This document shows, piece after piece, positions 39,913 through 51,376 of a stretch of DNA of 64,000 nt. The notes under the pieces were generated by a model. That model saw only the letters and a program-made list of their open reading frames with translations. It had not been told where the DNA came from and searched no databases. The translations under genes were made by a program, and so were the position numbers. Source of the stretch: Lama guanicoe. Lineage: Eukaryota. Location: assembly GCA_013239625.1 (NCBI GenBank), contig MU054187.1, positions 186,001 through 250,000 on the forward strand. The letters run 5' to 3'. The first letter of the stretch is position 1, and each line of letters begins with the position of its first letter.

Positions 39913-41263
39913 CGGGGAAATGAACTGATTGCCTAAAAAGTGTTTACACTGACTTATGAAAACAGCTACAAATGTTTCATAAGTTCAGTTGGAGAAGATT
40001 GGAACTTCTGGGCATAATTTCACGTATTTCAGAAAGACCCAGCTAGGGAATAGGGCTCAGAAAGAAAACACAATTATTTAACTTTAACCATTAAGGTTAT
40101 TTTTCAGAAATTAGGACAACGATTTGTTTAGTAACATGGGCACCTCTCTAAATCAGTCATTACCTTCGTCTTTCAGTGAAAAATTCTTAAGAAAACGTTC
40201 AGGTCAGTCTACTCTGCTATCTCTGTCAGTGATCAAGACTGAGTAAAGTGTACAAAGGGGAGAGTTGGCAATCACAGAAGGCTCAGCACACCCTCCAGGG
40301 GTGACAGAAGGGGAGGCGTGAGGACTGCAGACCACCCAAGAGTCCTTTGCACTGTGCAGGCCAAGATTAACCACCACCAGGATCACCACCCTAACGCTGG
40401 TGCTTCAGAAACTGTCGGTAAAAATGCGCTCACCCCGTCGGCAGTTAGACAAAGAAGTTCTGCTTTGACTGTGGTCCTTGCCATGTTTCTCTCCCTCCTC
40501 AGTCATCTGCTGAGCGTGGGCGCCACAGAGAGGAGTCACCATCCAGGGTGAGAGGCGACCTCCTCACAGGGATGGCTGACTGTCTGATCCGGCTCTGCTG
40601 GCGCGGTGGGCTTCCCCAAGAGGGCCATCAGGATGTGACCTGCAGGCAGACACCCGTGGTAGCAAGTTCCCACCCATAACTTCATTCCCGTTACCTTCTG
40701 ACCTGAAGTAGAATGCCATGCAGTTAACAGTGTTCAGTAAAGTCCTGACTCATAAATGATGATGTCTGAACCCAAACAAACTGTCCAGTAGCTCTTGACC
40801 ATATGAAAATGTAGAATAATTTTTAGTAGCAATCTCACAGGTGGCTCTGACCCTCTGCCTTCCTCCACCACCTTCCCCCAAGGACCGAGGGACAGAGTAG
40901 AACCCAGTCAACTCAGGGTGATTGGGCTGTCAGCCCGGCTTACGCGAGGGGACTTGCTGTTAAAAAACAAAAGCCAAACTTGGGAGCTTTGCTGATCACG
41001 GAGCAGAGGGGAGAGGGGGCTTCACAACCACTGTCTCTTGAGTTGTGTCTCAGCACACGCCTGCTGTGGTGGAAGCTGACCCCTCCTCCTCATCAGCCAG
41101 AGAGAGTAACAGTTGAAAGTACAGAGCGAGTTCTATAAAACAGGAATCAAAGAAACCAGAAGGAAGATGAGCTGATAAAAGAGCTACTCCGTATCCCTCC
41201 CAGTTAGAAACCCACCCAGTGAACTTCCCTGGCAGCGCAGGGATCCAGAATTCAGCATGGGCA

Positions 41264-41267
<4 letters not shown>

Positions 41268-41308
<41 letters not shown>
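41268..41308. repeat. Perfect T41 homopolymer
   Basis: 41 consecutive T counted directly. Confidence 0.98.
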
Positions 41309-41311
<3 letters not shown>

Positions 41312-42849
41312 TCTTCCTTCATTCCTTCTCTTAGGAATCTCAACACTTCCCTCCTCCTATTGTTACAAAATCATAATTATTTAACAGTAGGGGCCAGCAG
41401 TTTTAAAACTTCAGAACATTTGAAAAATAGAAATCCCAAGAGGAAGCTCCGTGTTAATCCCAGATCCAGGTGGAGCGGTTCTGCTCAAAACTGGGAGGTG
41501 GGCAGGTCGGGGCCGCCGCAGCCCCCACCCCGCTCCTCGGGCATGTGGTTTGGGGTAGTCACGGAGGGTTAACTGCTGTTACAGACGTTTCCGGTATCAG
41601 TACAGCCCTTTTTCCCCCTCCCTTGGGTCAGTATCCTGTTACCATAGCTGGCATCTTGGAGCACTGGTTGTGTGATTGAGAAGCTGAGTGGAGTGTTCCT
41701 TGTTAATCTCAGATATGAAAGACAAATATTTAATTTAAACATGCTCTCATGCATGTCTTCTCAAATTGAAGACTCTTACACATTTTAATTTTAGGAAGAG
41801 TACTCTTAAATTGATAAATTTGCCAGTGAGACGACTGTGTTGATGTGGGACGCTGAAAGTGGGAGGAAAAAAAGGTTCCCTGTCTCCACAGCCCCTCCCC
41901 TCTTTCCTTCAACTCTCCAGTTAGCTGGCAGATTAGGTAATGTTATTCTGTTTTTAAATAAAGACCTTGCAGCTCCTCAGATTAAGTAATAACTTGGCCC
42001 CACATGTGTGAGGTGGGCCTGGAGCCAGGTCCATCCAATTCCAGCACCACAACCAACGTGTAATTACTTCCAGTTTTAGGGGAATTCATTTCTGTAAACT
42101 TCCCATTTGCTTTATGGTTGTAATCCCTGGGCCTCGAATCAGAAATCTGATCATTTCTTGTGGGAGGTGTTGATATAGTTTAGATTCTTGGTGTTTTCCA
42201 GTGATCTTATTAATAACAGCAGTAAGCCATCTATGCTAGAATTATCTTGAGTGAGCAGGAAGAGCGTCAGCGTCATGGCAGATAATTGTATGAGTGCTCC
42301 AGGTTTACTTGGGGATTTTTTTTTTCCTGTTTACTTAGACACTTATTAATGAAAGTATGACTTTTAAGAAAGGTGATTTTCCTTCATATTAAAAGAGAAA
42401 TAAAGTAAGAGAATTTGCTTCTGTCCCTAGAACCACTGACAGGGGAGATGGTAGGCAGAAGGTCCTAAACCTGGACCACACGTTGGGAGAAGCCTCAGAC
42501 CAGGACTTTCAGCATCGCCTGCATCGCCTGTGAATTGAGACAGTAATACAGCTACCGCTTTCATTGGTTGTTGCTGTAAAAACAGTGACTGTAAAAAGCA
42601 AAGGGAATTCAGTGATCTCCCTTCCCACTGGGTGTTCATTCCAGAGTGTGGTCTTCCGCGTCTTTCTTCACGAGCACAAACCTCTCTCTTAACAAAGAAG
42701 AGCAGTTTGCTTTTACTCTTCGCAGTCTCTGAGGGTGACCCTCTCCAGTTTTTGCCACTTCACAGCAACAGAGCTCCGTGTACCCGCGTCTCCTTGGTTA
42801 CGGACCTTTTCCATTAACCTGTTTGTGGGAAATGCACCCAGCAGTGAAC

Positions 42850-43790
42850 GCTGCCTGGTTGTGGAGTGTAGTGGGTGACTGGCACTGCTCAGTGGAAGAG
42901 ACAGGCGTGCTTGCTGCCCTGAAGCTGCCCCTGTGTGTCCCCCAGTCACCACGGCCCTCCAGTCTCCTCCGTGGTCTCCAGGCAGTTTTACCGTTTGTGT
43001 CGTGTGTTTGGTTCTGCTGGTGTGTGAACTTGGCACAAGGCCTCATTCCTGCGTGCTCCATGTTGTGCTCCTTCATCCACCAAGGAGGCGCCAGGCCCGG
43101 CCACTTGCAGCCCGTCAACCTTGGCTGAGGCCTTCACTGTGGTGTGGGGCGAACCGGTCAGGCTTGTCTGGGTGTCTCTAGTGCAGTGACTCTGGGGGTT
43201 CATCTTCATCCCATTTCACGCCATCAATCACAGTCCGTCTGTGCGGTCGTCCAGGCACCGGGCTGTTACAGGAGTGGCTGGAGCTGAAGTGTGTGTCCAT
43301 CCAGGTGGCAAGGGGGCTGCTTCACCTGCATTAGACGCTCACTGTTCCTAGAAGCGGGAGCCCCGTGTCCACCGCTGTTTGTGTGTAGAGTGTCCCTGCC
43401 GCTCTGCTTGTGTTCCACTATCTGGTGTCTTTATTTTTCTGGTCTCTGTGCCTTTCCAGCCTGAGGGTCTGTAGTGGGTCTCAGTGCAGCCTCTGGTTCT
43501 GCAGAGGCCGAGGGCCCCGCTCTGCGAGTTCCTGTTTCGGTTTCCTCTGGTCTGTCCAGGCCTTTGGCTTGTTGGCCTCGTGGCGTGCCGGCCTGTGTGT
43601 GTGGGGAGTCGGAGTACTTCAGCAGTGGTGTTCATGTGTTACAGGTGGCGTGCCCTTCTGCTCTCGTTATTGACCGAAGTGCTAATTTATCAGAGCCGCC
43701 AATCTTTTCCTTTATGGTTAGTGCTTCTGTTTACTTGGTTAAGAGGTCTTTTCACACCCTGAGGTCATGTACGGTGCTTTTTATTTGGGA
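42850..43790 (-). mobile_element. Very decayed, GC-shifted L1M fragment
   Basis: Residual motifs gctaatttatcagagccgccaatcttttcctttatggttagtgcttctgt and aagaggtcttttcacaccctgaggtcat. Confidence 0.55.
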
Positions 43791-44049
43791 CAGCATGCCC
43801 ACAGTGGGGCTGCTTGCTCAGTCTGTGACTGGGCTTGTCTTTGTGACCTGACAGGCAAGGGTGAATGAACTGTCAAAGCATCTTGAAATGACTGGCTTGA
43901 CCCACAGGTCTCCCTGGACCACGCCCAGCACAGGAGATGCTGGTTTCCTTCCTGTCCCAGAAATCTGCCTACAGGTGCATGAGATTAACTGGGCACCCAG
44001 GAAACAGTAAAATTCAAAAGTCAAATGGGAGTTTATAAAAACAAGATCT

Positions 44050-44175
44050 ATCATTTATCCATGCTGGGTGTGCACGTTGTATGTAATCCTCAAAATAACC
44101 TCTCAAAGCAAATTATTTTATCCATTTTACAGATGAGGAACTTAAAGCTCATCAGAGTAAGTATTTTACCCCAAA
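44050..44175 (-). mobile_element. MIR SINE fragment
   Basis: MIR core taatcctcaaaataacc...tccattttacagatgaggaact. Confidence 0.75.
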
Positions 44176-45139
44176 CCCACTTTAAAACACCCCAAAAGCA
44201 AACCCTGCTTCTCCAGGGGCGTCCTGAAGCACAGTATGGTTTGGTTATACTTGGTCGTGGGCAGTCCATGTCGAGTGCTCGACAGCAGAGCCTGCCAGCG
44301 TTGCTTCTATCCTGTCTTTCCATCTTGGGGGAGGGGAGGCACGAAGAGGCAGAGCCCAGAGATGGCAGTTTCCCTGCCAGGTGCTAGTGTCGCCTCCTGC
44401 CCAGGTCGTGACACACCTGTGATGCCGCTGCCATCAGCCGTCTGCACAGGTGTGCAGCTGGGTTTCTTGGCTAGGGCGGGGCCGGCTCTTGGTGAACGGG
44501 TTTTGTTGGTGCCCTTCTCATGCCAGTGTAGACTGTCTCAGCAGGACCAACAGGCTGTCCTGGGAAGAGTGTAGGAAGGGAGTCCACCTGATATGTGAAG
44601 CCATGATCATAGAACAGATTCAAGTATCAGAGCACACTTGTAATACTATTTGCTAAAAAATACTTATCAGAAATATGGGCTGACAGATTGTGTGTGGAAT
44701 GTGGGTGCGTCTGCCTCCACACTGGTGAGTGAGTAGACTGTGTGGCATTTTTCAAAGTAATAAGCCCCACCTGGGACAGAGACCAGCCTGAGCCCTGTCC
44801 ACAGAGCTGCAGAAAGCGCCTGAAGCCAGGCCTCCTTGTTTCCCAAGTAACTGAGCATGTGAGTCTCCTGCCAAGGCAGAACACACATGTGCAAAGAACT
44901 TGTTTTACACAAAGTTGTACTGGTTAATATTTTGTATCCCAGATCTTGAGGAAAGAATTCAGATTAGGAAGGACATTTTAAAATATAACCAGCAGATATC
45001 CTGTAAAATGGGAGGCATTCCAAAGTTACAAATTTATCTGACATAAATACATAATAAACTTGAGCAGGTTCAAAGGAATAGTGCAGAAGGCTTAATTTCA
45101 GATGTGTCTTTCATTTCCTTTTGTGAGTTTCTCCAACTA

Positions 45140-45760
45140 TGTACAGCGTGAAAAATATCTTCCTGAAATTCAGTGAAGTAGCCTTGCAAAATGTTTAGTA
45201 ATTCCCCACGTCTGTAAGGCACTGGTGGGATGCTCTTGGAAGAGAACGGTCTCTGGGTCGGAATGCCTGGTTTGATGCCATCACTGTCCAATCGCAGGAC
45301 AGTTCATCACCCGCACAGGAACCCATCCCATTAGCAGTTACCCCTCCCCACCCCTCAGCCCTGTCCCCCAGCCCCGCCACCCCTCATCTGTGTCTGTCTC
45401 TCTGTATTTGCATGTACTGACCGCTGCTCTTGGAGGGAGCCTCTTGGCTTATTCCATCAGCATCGTGCTTTCCAGGTTCCCCCCATGTTGTATCTCAGGT
45501 CAGGACGCCATTCCTTTCTGTGGCTGTCTGGCGCTCCGTTGTACGGAAGGACCCATTCATCAGTTGATGGACATCTGGGCTGTTTCCACTTTACTTTCCG
45601 GCTGTTGTGGATAATAATACTGATGTGAACATTCACATACCACTTCTGTGTGGACATAGTTTTCAGTTCTCTTGGGTAGATGCCTAGGAGTGGGGTTGCT
45701 GGGTCTCTGTCAAATGTTTTCCAAAGTGACTGCCCCGTTTTGCCATCTCACCAGCATAAT
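45140..45760 (-). mobile_element. L1MB-type 3' fragment
   Basis: cattcatcagttgatggacatctgggctgtttccact and cagttctcttgggtagatgcctaggagtgg. Confidence 0.8.
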
Positions 45761-45925
45761 CCTGTGTTTTAGTCACTGATTATCTCCCTCCTTAGCATCT
45801 CAAGGCTGCCATGGCTCCTGCCGATTTGTTCATGATCTCCTTGGCCATCTGGTCATGTCAGGCCAACCTCTGAAAGAAACTCATTTCCGTTATCAAGGCA
45901 AACGTTTGTTCAGTTCACTCAAGGT

Positions 45926-45953
<28 letters not shown>
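45926..45953. repeat. (TG)14 microsatellite
   Basis: Seen directly. Confidence 0.95.
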
Positions 45954-45956
<3 letters not shown>

Positions 45957-46053
45957 GTGAGGGTGACATGCTGCCTCTGGAAGATAGAGGAGGGCACAGA
46001 GTGGGGGAAGGGTAGGTGGTGGATAGATCATGAGCAGCACTGAGGTTTAAAGA

Positions 46054-46499
46054 ACAGTTCCAAACTCTTCACAATTACTAAGAACTCAGAGATTTTTAAA
46101 TGTGGTTATGTTGATCATGAACTACTTTATTAGAAATTAAAATGGAAAAAATTAAGTATTTACTAGCTCACCTCAAAGTCCCAATAGGAAACCCATTGAA
46201 TAATAATATAAATAGCATTTTTATGAAGAATATTTTCTAAAACAAGGCAACTGTAGTGAGAAGAGTAGCATTGCCTTGTTTCTGCAGATGTCTTTAATGT
46301 CTGGACCAATAGAAGACAGGATTATCATCTCTGCTCCGCATCCTATCTGTTGTGTACTGTGCACCATGTAACCTCCAAAAAATTCCACTGTGCACTCGTG
46401 AGAGGAGAACCAGAGTGTCAGGAAACAGTGCTGGCCTTGCAGGCCCCCAGAAGGTCTTGGAGGCTCAGAGTTCCTGAGACTGCATTTCACAAACCCCTG
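46054..46499 (-). mobile_element. Charlie1-like hAT DNA transposon remnant
   Basis: Reverse complement resembles the Charlie1 5' end (ctctcacgagtgcacagtggaatttt...ggttacatg); terminus acaaacccctg. Confidence 0.7.
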
Positions 46500-47697
46500 G
46501 TCTGAAATATTCCACCTCCAGATAATACGCTTTGCAAAGCTGTGACTACTATGTAGTAGGTGCGGAGACATTAGCAACCACATGGAGAATTTTAGGAACA
46601 TTTTACACCCAAAATATATGCTTGGTTAAAAAAAAAATTCTGAGATCTCTGAGGACGAATTAACTCCGTGAACAGGTTGTGTCCTGTCTTGTGGGTGACC
46701 TCACCATTGTGGTTTGAACCTCCTGCAGCAAATTCCACTCCACCCACACCCAGAAGGGAGTGGCTCAGGTCTTAGATTTCCCGCTGAAGGTTGGGAGGAG
46801 CCAGATGAGGCAGTATCAGGTGGGAAAAACCCTAAAATAACTAGGGGAACAGGTCACCTGAGCAGGGCCATCAGTGGGGGTCTGTGTGTGCCGGGAGCGT
46901 GCCCTCCTCCTCCACGTGACATCTGTCGTCCCCAGGTTTGGTGAGCGCCCTGGACCCCGGAGTCTGTGCCAGCTGCAGCCCTGTTCCTCCTCTACTTGTG
47001 TGTGTTTCTCCTCTCACTGCCACTCCGTCCTGTCACTCTGCTCTTCTGGCCTCTCTTCTTGCAGGTGGTCCGCCGTGTGTTCCAGGACGGACCCCCATCC
47101 TCTCCTCATAGTGACCGGGAGCATCGGGGGTGAAGGTTAGGGAGCTGCCTCTCTCGGCTGGAGATTGAGAGGTGATGTGCCCCATGGGGCTCTCAGTTCC
47201 GCGTGCCACTGTCGTCCCCAGCTGCCAGACCCAGGCTCATGCTCAGTCCAGGAGGAACAAATGCCCACAGCCCTGTGCAGCGTGATGGGGAGCATGGAGT
47301 CGGTCAGGCTTGTATGTCAGCCCGTAGAAGGCGTGCGTCCCACGTGGTCAGCTGTTCTGGCTACTTCTGCTGCTGTGCGCCCTCCCTGAGAGCCTGCGCC
47401 TGCTCCCACCACCCTCGGCACTGCGAGCTGGGAAGCGGGAGTATCAGAGTCCTGCAGGGAGCAAAGGACGGGGCCAAGAGGTTTCAGGACTGCAAGCAGT
47501 GCAATAGGGATATGTAACATTAGTTATTAAGGCCACAGGCTTTCTAAAAAGTAAACAACATTATTACACATTAACATTGTTGAAACTCACGGCAAAATCT
47601 AAGACGCCTTTCTGATATATATTCGTTTTGTGGGGCAACTAAAACTTTTTTCAGTTGTGGTAAAATGTACATAATGTAAAATTTTCCATCCAAAGCA

Positions 47698-48201
47698 TTT
47701 TTTAAATTGAGGTATAGTTGACTTACAATGTTGTGTTAAGTTTCTGGTGTACACCATAGTGATTCAGTTATATATATGTATAGATACATATATATTCTTT
47801 TTTTGTAGGTTATTACAAGGTATTGAATATAATTCCCTATGCTATACAGTATGACCTTGTTGTTTATCTATTTTATATATATTAGTTAGTATCTGCAAAC
47901 CCCAAACTCACAATTTATCCCTTTCCCCCCTCTTCCCCCTGGTAACCGTAAGTTTGTTTTCTATGTCTGTGAGTCTGACTCTGTTTTGTAAATACTTGTG
48001 TCATTTTTTTAGATTCCACATCTGAGTGATATCATATGGTATTTTTCTTTCTCTTTTGGACTTAACTTCACTTAGAATGAAGGTCTCCAGGTCCATCCAT
48101 GTTGCAAATGGCATTATTTCATTCTTTTTTATGACTGAGTAGTATTCCATTGTGTAAATATACCACAGCTTCTTTATGCAGTCATCTGTCAATGGACATT
48201 T
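47698..48201 (-). mobile_element. Younger L1 3' end inserted into an older L1MB tail (47645-48440)
   Basis: T-run then ttgaggtatagttgacttacaatgttgtg; ORF remnant IKKLWYIYTMEYYSVIKKNEIMPFATWMDLE. The host L1MB tail resumes at ~48202. Confidence 0.85.
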
Positions 48202-48915
48202 AACATCTTAACCCTTTTTAAGTGGCATTAAGTACTTTCACTTTGTTGTGCAGCCATCATCACCATCCATCTCCAGAACTTTCTCATCTTCCCAAGGAGA
48301 AGCTCTGTCCCTGTTAAACACTGACCTCTACTTCCCCCAGTCCCTGGCACCCACCATCCTACTTTCTGTCTCTGAATTTTTCTGCTCTTGGGAGAGCTAA
48401 TAAGTGGAATCATACACTATTTGTCCTTTTGTGTCTGGCTATATTATTTATTTTAGATAACTTATTGATCATTTCTCTGATTGTGTGAGTAACACATATC
48501 TGTTTTGGAAAAATACAGGAAATATATAAACCAAAGGAAGAAAATGCATATCACCTTTAAGCTCTACTCAGATAACCACTAAAAACATTTTTATGTCTTT
48601 CAGAGAGAGACATTATACTTTGCTGTCCGCTTTTCATTTAGCAAGGTATCAGGGATATCTTTCCATGCCCTTAAATATTTTCCATATAACCATTTCAGTG
48701 GTTACATCACATTTCATTCTGCAGATGCATCACAATTTAATGAACAGTCCCCTTCCTGTTCTTTTGCAGGCAGGTTCTAAGGCCTGTCTTCCTGTCTGTG
48801 TACCACTGTCTTCATCGCTCGTCCTGAGTGGTGGCTCCTTGGGCATTCAGCCTGGTGTCTGTGAAGCAGGTGTGCATGTGACCAGCACACTGACCAGGCC
48901 TCTCTTCTTTCCCAG

Positions 48916-49003
48916 GATGGCTGGCCTTTTCAGTTTGATTGACACCATGTGGCCTCCAGTTGTGCCTCTGAGAGCACCTGGCCGCAGCTCGGCCTGTGAA
49001 GAG
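48916..49003 (+). CDS. SPIDR: SPIDR internal coding exon (88 nt, ~exon 12)
   Basis: Acceptor tctcttctttcccag| and donor GAG|gtaagc. Translates (R)MAGLFSLIDTMWPPVVPLRAPGRSSACEE, in frame with the preceding exon; recalled human TAGIFSLIDTLWPPAIPLKTPGRDQPCEE. Confidence 0.95.
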
Positions 49004-49820
49004 GTAAGCCCATCACTGACAGCTCCCTGGTTGCACCTGCTTGGTGTCAGGTGCTGAGCCAGGTGCCACTCCACAGTCCACATCCCAGGAAGCCGGGACC
49101 AGTGCATGTAAGCCAGGACAGAGGTCCAGGCCCACTGGCCCGCTTGCAAGTCCAGCCACCACCACACGCCAGGGCACAACCAAGGTCTCAGTGTCGCACC
49201 GAACAAGACACTTTCAATCACTAGCAGAACCTGCACTCAGTCACCAGTTGGAGCAGAAACTCCATGAATAACCTCCTGCTTATCCTGGGATTTCCCTTTC
49301 CTTCCTCGTCAGATTGTTCCCAGGAGTTGCTCACAGGTAGCAAAATTGACTGATTAAAATGAGTCCCCTGTCTCCATGCTGAGCCTACCCAGCAGTCTGG
49401 CCAGAGCTGTTCTGGGCTGTAGCTCCTCAGGCAGAACATGTGCCACCTTGTTTGTGTGGTACCTGACCGCCTGGCACAGGTAAAACCATGGCTCTGTTCT
49501 GTGCTGGACCAGCTGCACTGTGGTCAGAAATGCCATTTCTAGAGCACTCACAGGGGTGGAGTTTCTAAATGGTGTTCTCAATATACTCCGAAAAGTAAAT
49601 TTCTAAAACGAAATCTTGAATTGGTCATAAGTTAAAAAGCACAGAAGTTCTTAGCTTGGTCCCAGAGATAAACAACATAACCCGTTTCTTACATAGCCTT
49701 CCAGAGAGGTAGTATGCTTCTGTGAACCAATATGTGTCTATTAGAGTAGGTTTATATTAACAGTGATTTGAGTCTTTTAACAGTACATTCACGTTCTGCT
49801 TTTGTCTTCACTTTAAACAG

Positions 49821-49964
49821 GAAACAACTCATCTGCCTCTTCCTAGCTTCTGTTACATCCTCTCTGCTCATCCAAATCTGGGACAAATTGATATAATTGA
49901 CGAAGACCCCGTTTCTAAGCTTTACCATCCTCCGGTTCCCCGCTTCTTAAGAGAAATTCTCCAG
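49821..49964 (+). CDS. SPIDR: SPIDR internal coding exon (144 nt, ~exon 13)
   Basis: Acceptor tttgtcttcactttaaacag| and donor CAG|gtggtg. Translates ETTHLPLPSFCYILSAHPNLGQIDIIDEDPVSKLYHPPVPRFLREILQ; recalled human CYILTAHPNLGQIDIIDEDP. Confidence 0.95.
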
Positions 49965-50059
49965 GTGGTGTTTTTGTTTCTGCCAAGGTCTCAGTTATTT
50001 TCTGTGGCTGTGCTGGGGGTGGGGGGGGGCCTTACTCACCGTTCTCAATGCCTTTCCAG

Positions 50060-50119
50060 ACTGATGGCCTCTGTACCCGTTGCAGTTTCTACGCCAGAGT
50101 GATTTACCAAGGACCACAG
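50060..50119 (+). CDS. SPIDR: SPIDR internal coding exon (60 nt, ~exon 14)
   Basis: Acceptor cctttccag| and donor CAG|gtaatc. Translates TDGLCTRCSFYARVIYQGPQ; recalled human TRCSFYATVIYQKPQ. Confidence 0.93.
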
Positions 50120-51376
50120 GTAATCAGTCTCCCCACCTCTTCCTCGTGAGGTGTCATGCGGTTCACTGAAGGATAATCTTTCAGAAATTAACGTGAGACC
50201 AAAACAGAAGGACAGTTGAGTCCAGTTGTGTCCACTGTGCTCTGAGGCGGTAACAGACCCACTCCTCCTGCAGGGTGGAGATGGGTGTGGGGGGAGCCTC
50301 TGTCAGTCAGGTGCTGGGGATGAGCCAGCTGCGCCCCCCTTCCAGCTCTCAGCCCAGCCCTGCGAGCTCCTTTCTGACACAGGCAGTTGTAGGAAGGAAG
50401 GAGAAGCTGTAGCCTCATTTCTGGAGTGAACGTAGGAATCTCAGGAGAGTGCTCACCATTTCTTAGAGCTCTTGTGAAGCTACGGGCCGTCCCATGGAGA
50501 GGCCGCTGGAAGACCTGGCTCTTTGTGCCCAGCAGGCCCGCTGGGCCGAGACTGGGAAGAAGTAAGTGCTCTCGTCCGGCACGGGCAGTGAGTGCAGTGG
50601 GAAATTGCTGGACGGTGACTCACAGCAGAATGACCCTGTGTCACAATCACCCGAGAGCACGCAGAGTTTCCTCTTCTCTGCTTGTGAGTGGTCATTTTAC
50701 AGAGAATTCGTGCCTCTCTTGGAGTGAGAGGGTGACCAATGTTAGTTCAGGGCAGCGCTCTCGCCAGCTGGCCCAGCACCCTGCCCCACAGGCTGGGGAT
50801 GGCCCCCAGTGAGGACGCAGTCCAGCCCCTGATTGCCTCTTACTTCCAGGCTGACTGCACTCCTCCGCCCGCAGGACGCTTAGCACCTGCCACGTGCCCA
50901 TCACCCTAACCACACCTCAGGTGGTGAGGCTGAGGCATCAGTGGTTCACAGTGCAGCTGCCACTACCTGCAGGCACAAACAGCCACCTCGTGCTGTCACC
51001 CCACTGGCTCCTGCCCACAGCCCTGCAGCCCGGCCAAAGGTGCAGGGTAAAGGATGCAGTGTCCAGTGCTCACCCCGTGCTCCCCCAGTGGAGGCCCGGG
51101 GTAGCCGTCTGCCTCACTGGGCAAAGGAGCCCTGGCTGCGGGCTGGCTGAGAGCACAGATCCCTTCTGTCCCAAATTTCCCACCAAGAAGCAGGCTTCTG
51201 TTAGCACAGGTGCAGCCTGCCAGCCGCGTGGTTGTGTGTGCCGAGGGCTGGGAACCCAGTGGAACAGATTCCTCAATCCACTACGTTTCTTTATACTTCA
51301 TGTGTTCTCCTTTTGTGGGGAAGAAAATCCCAGAAACAAGCTTCCTCCAGGAGGGATGATCCTGGAGTATAAGATA

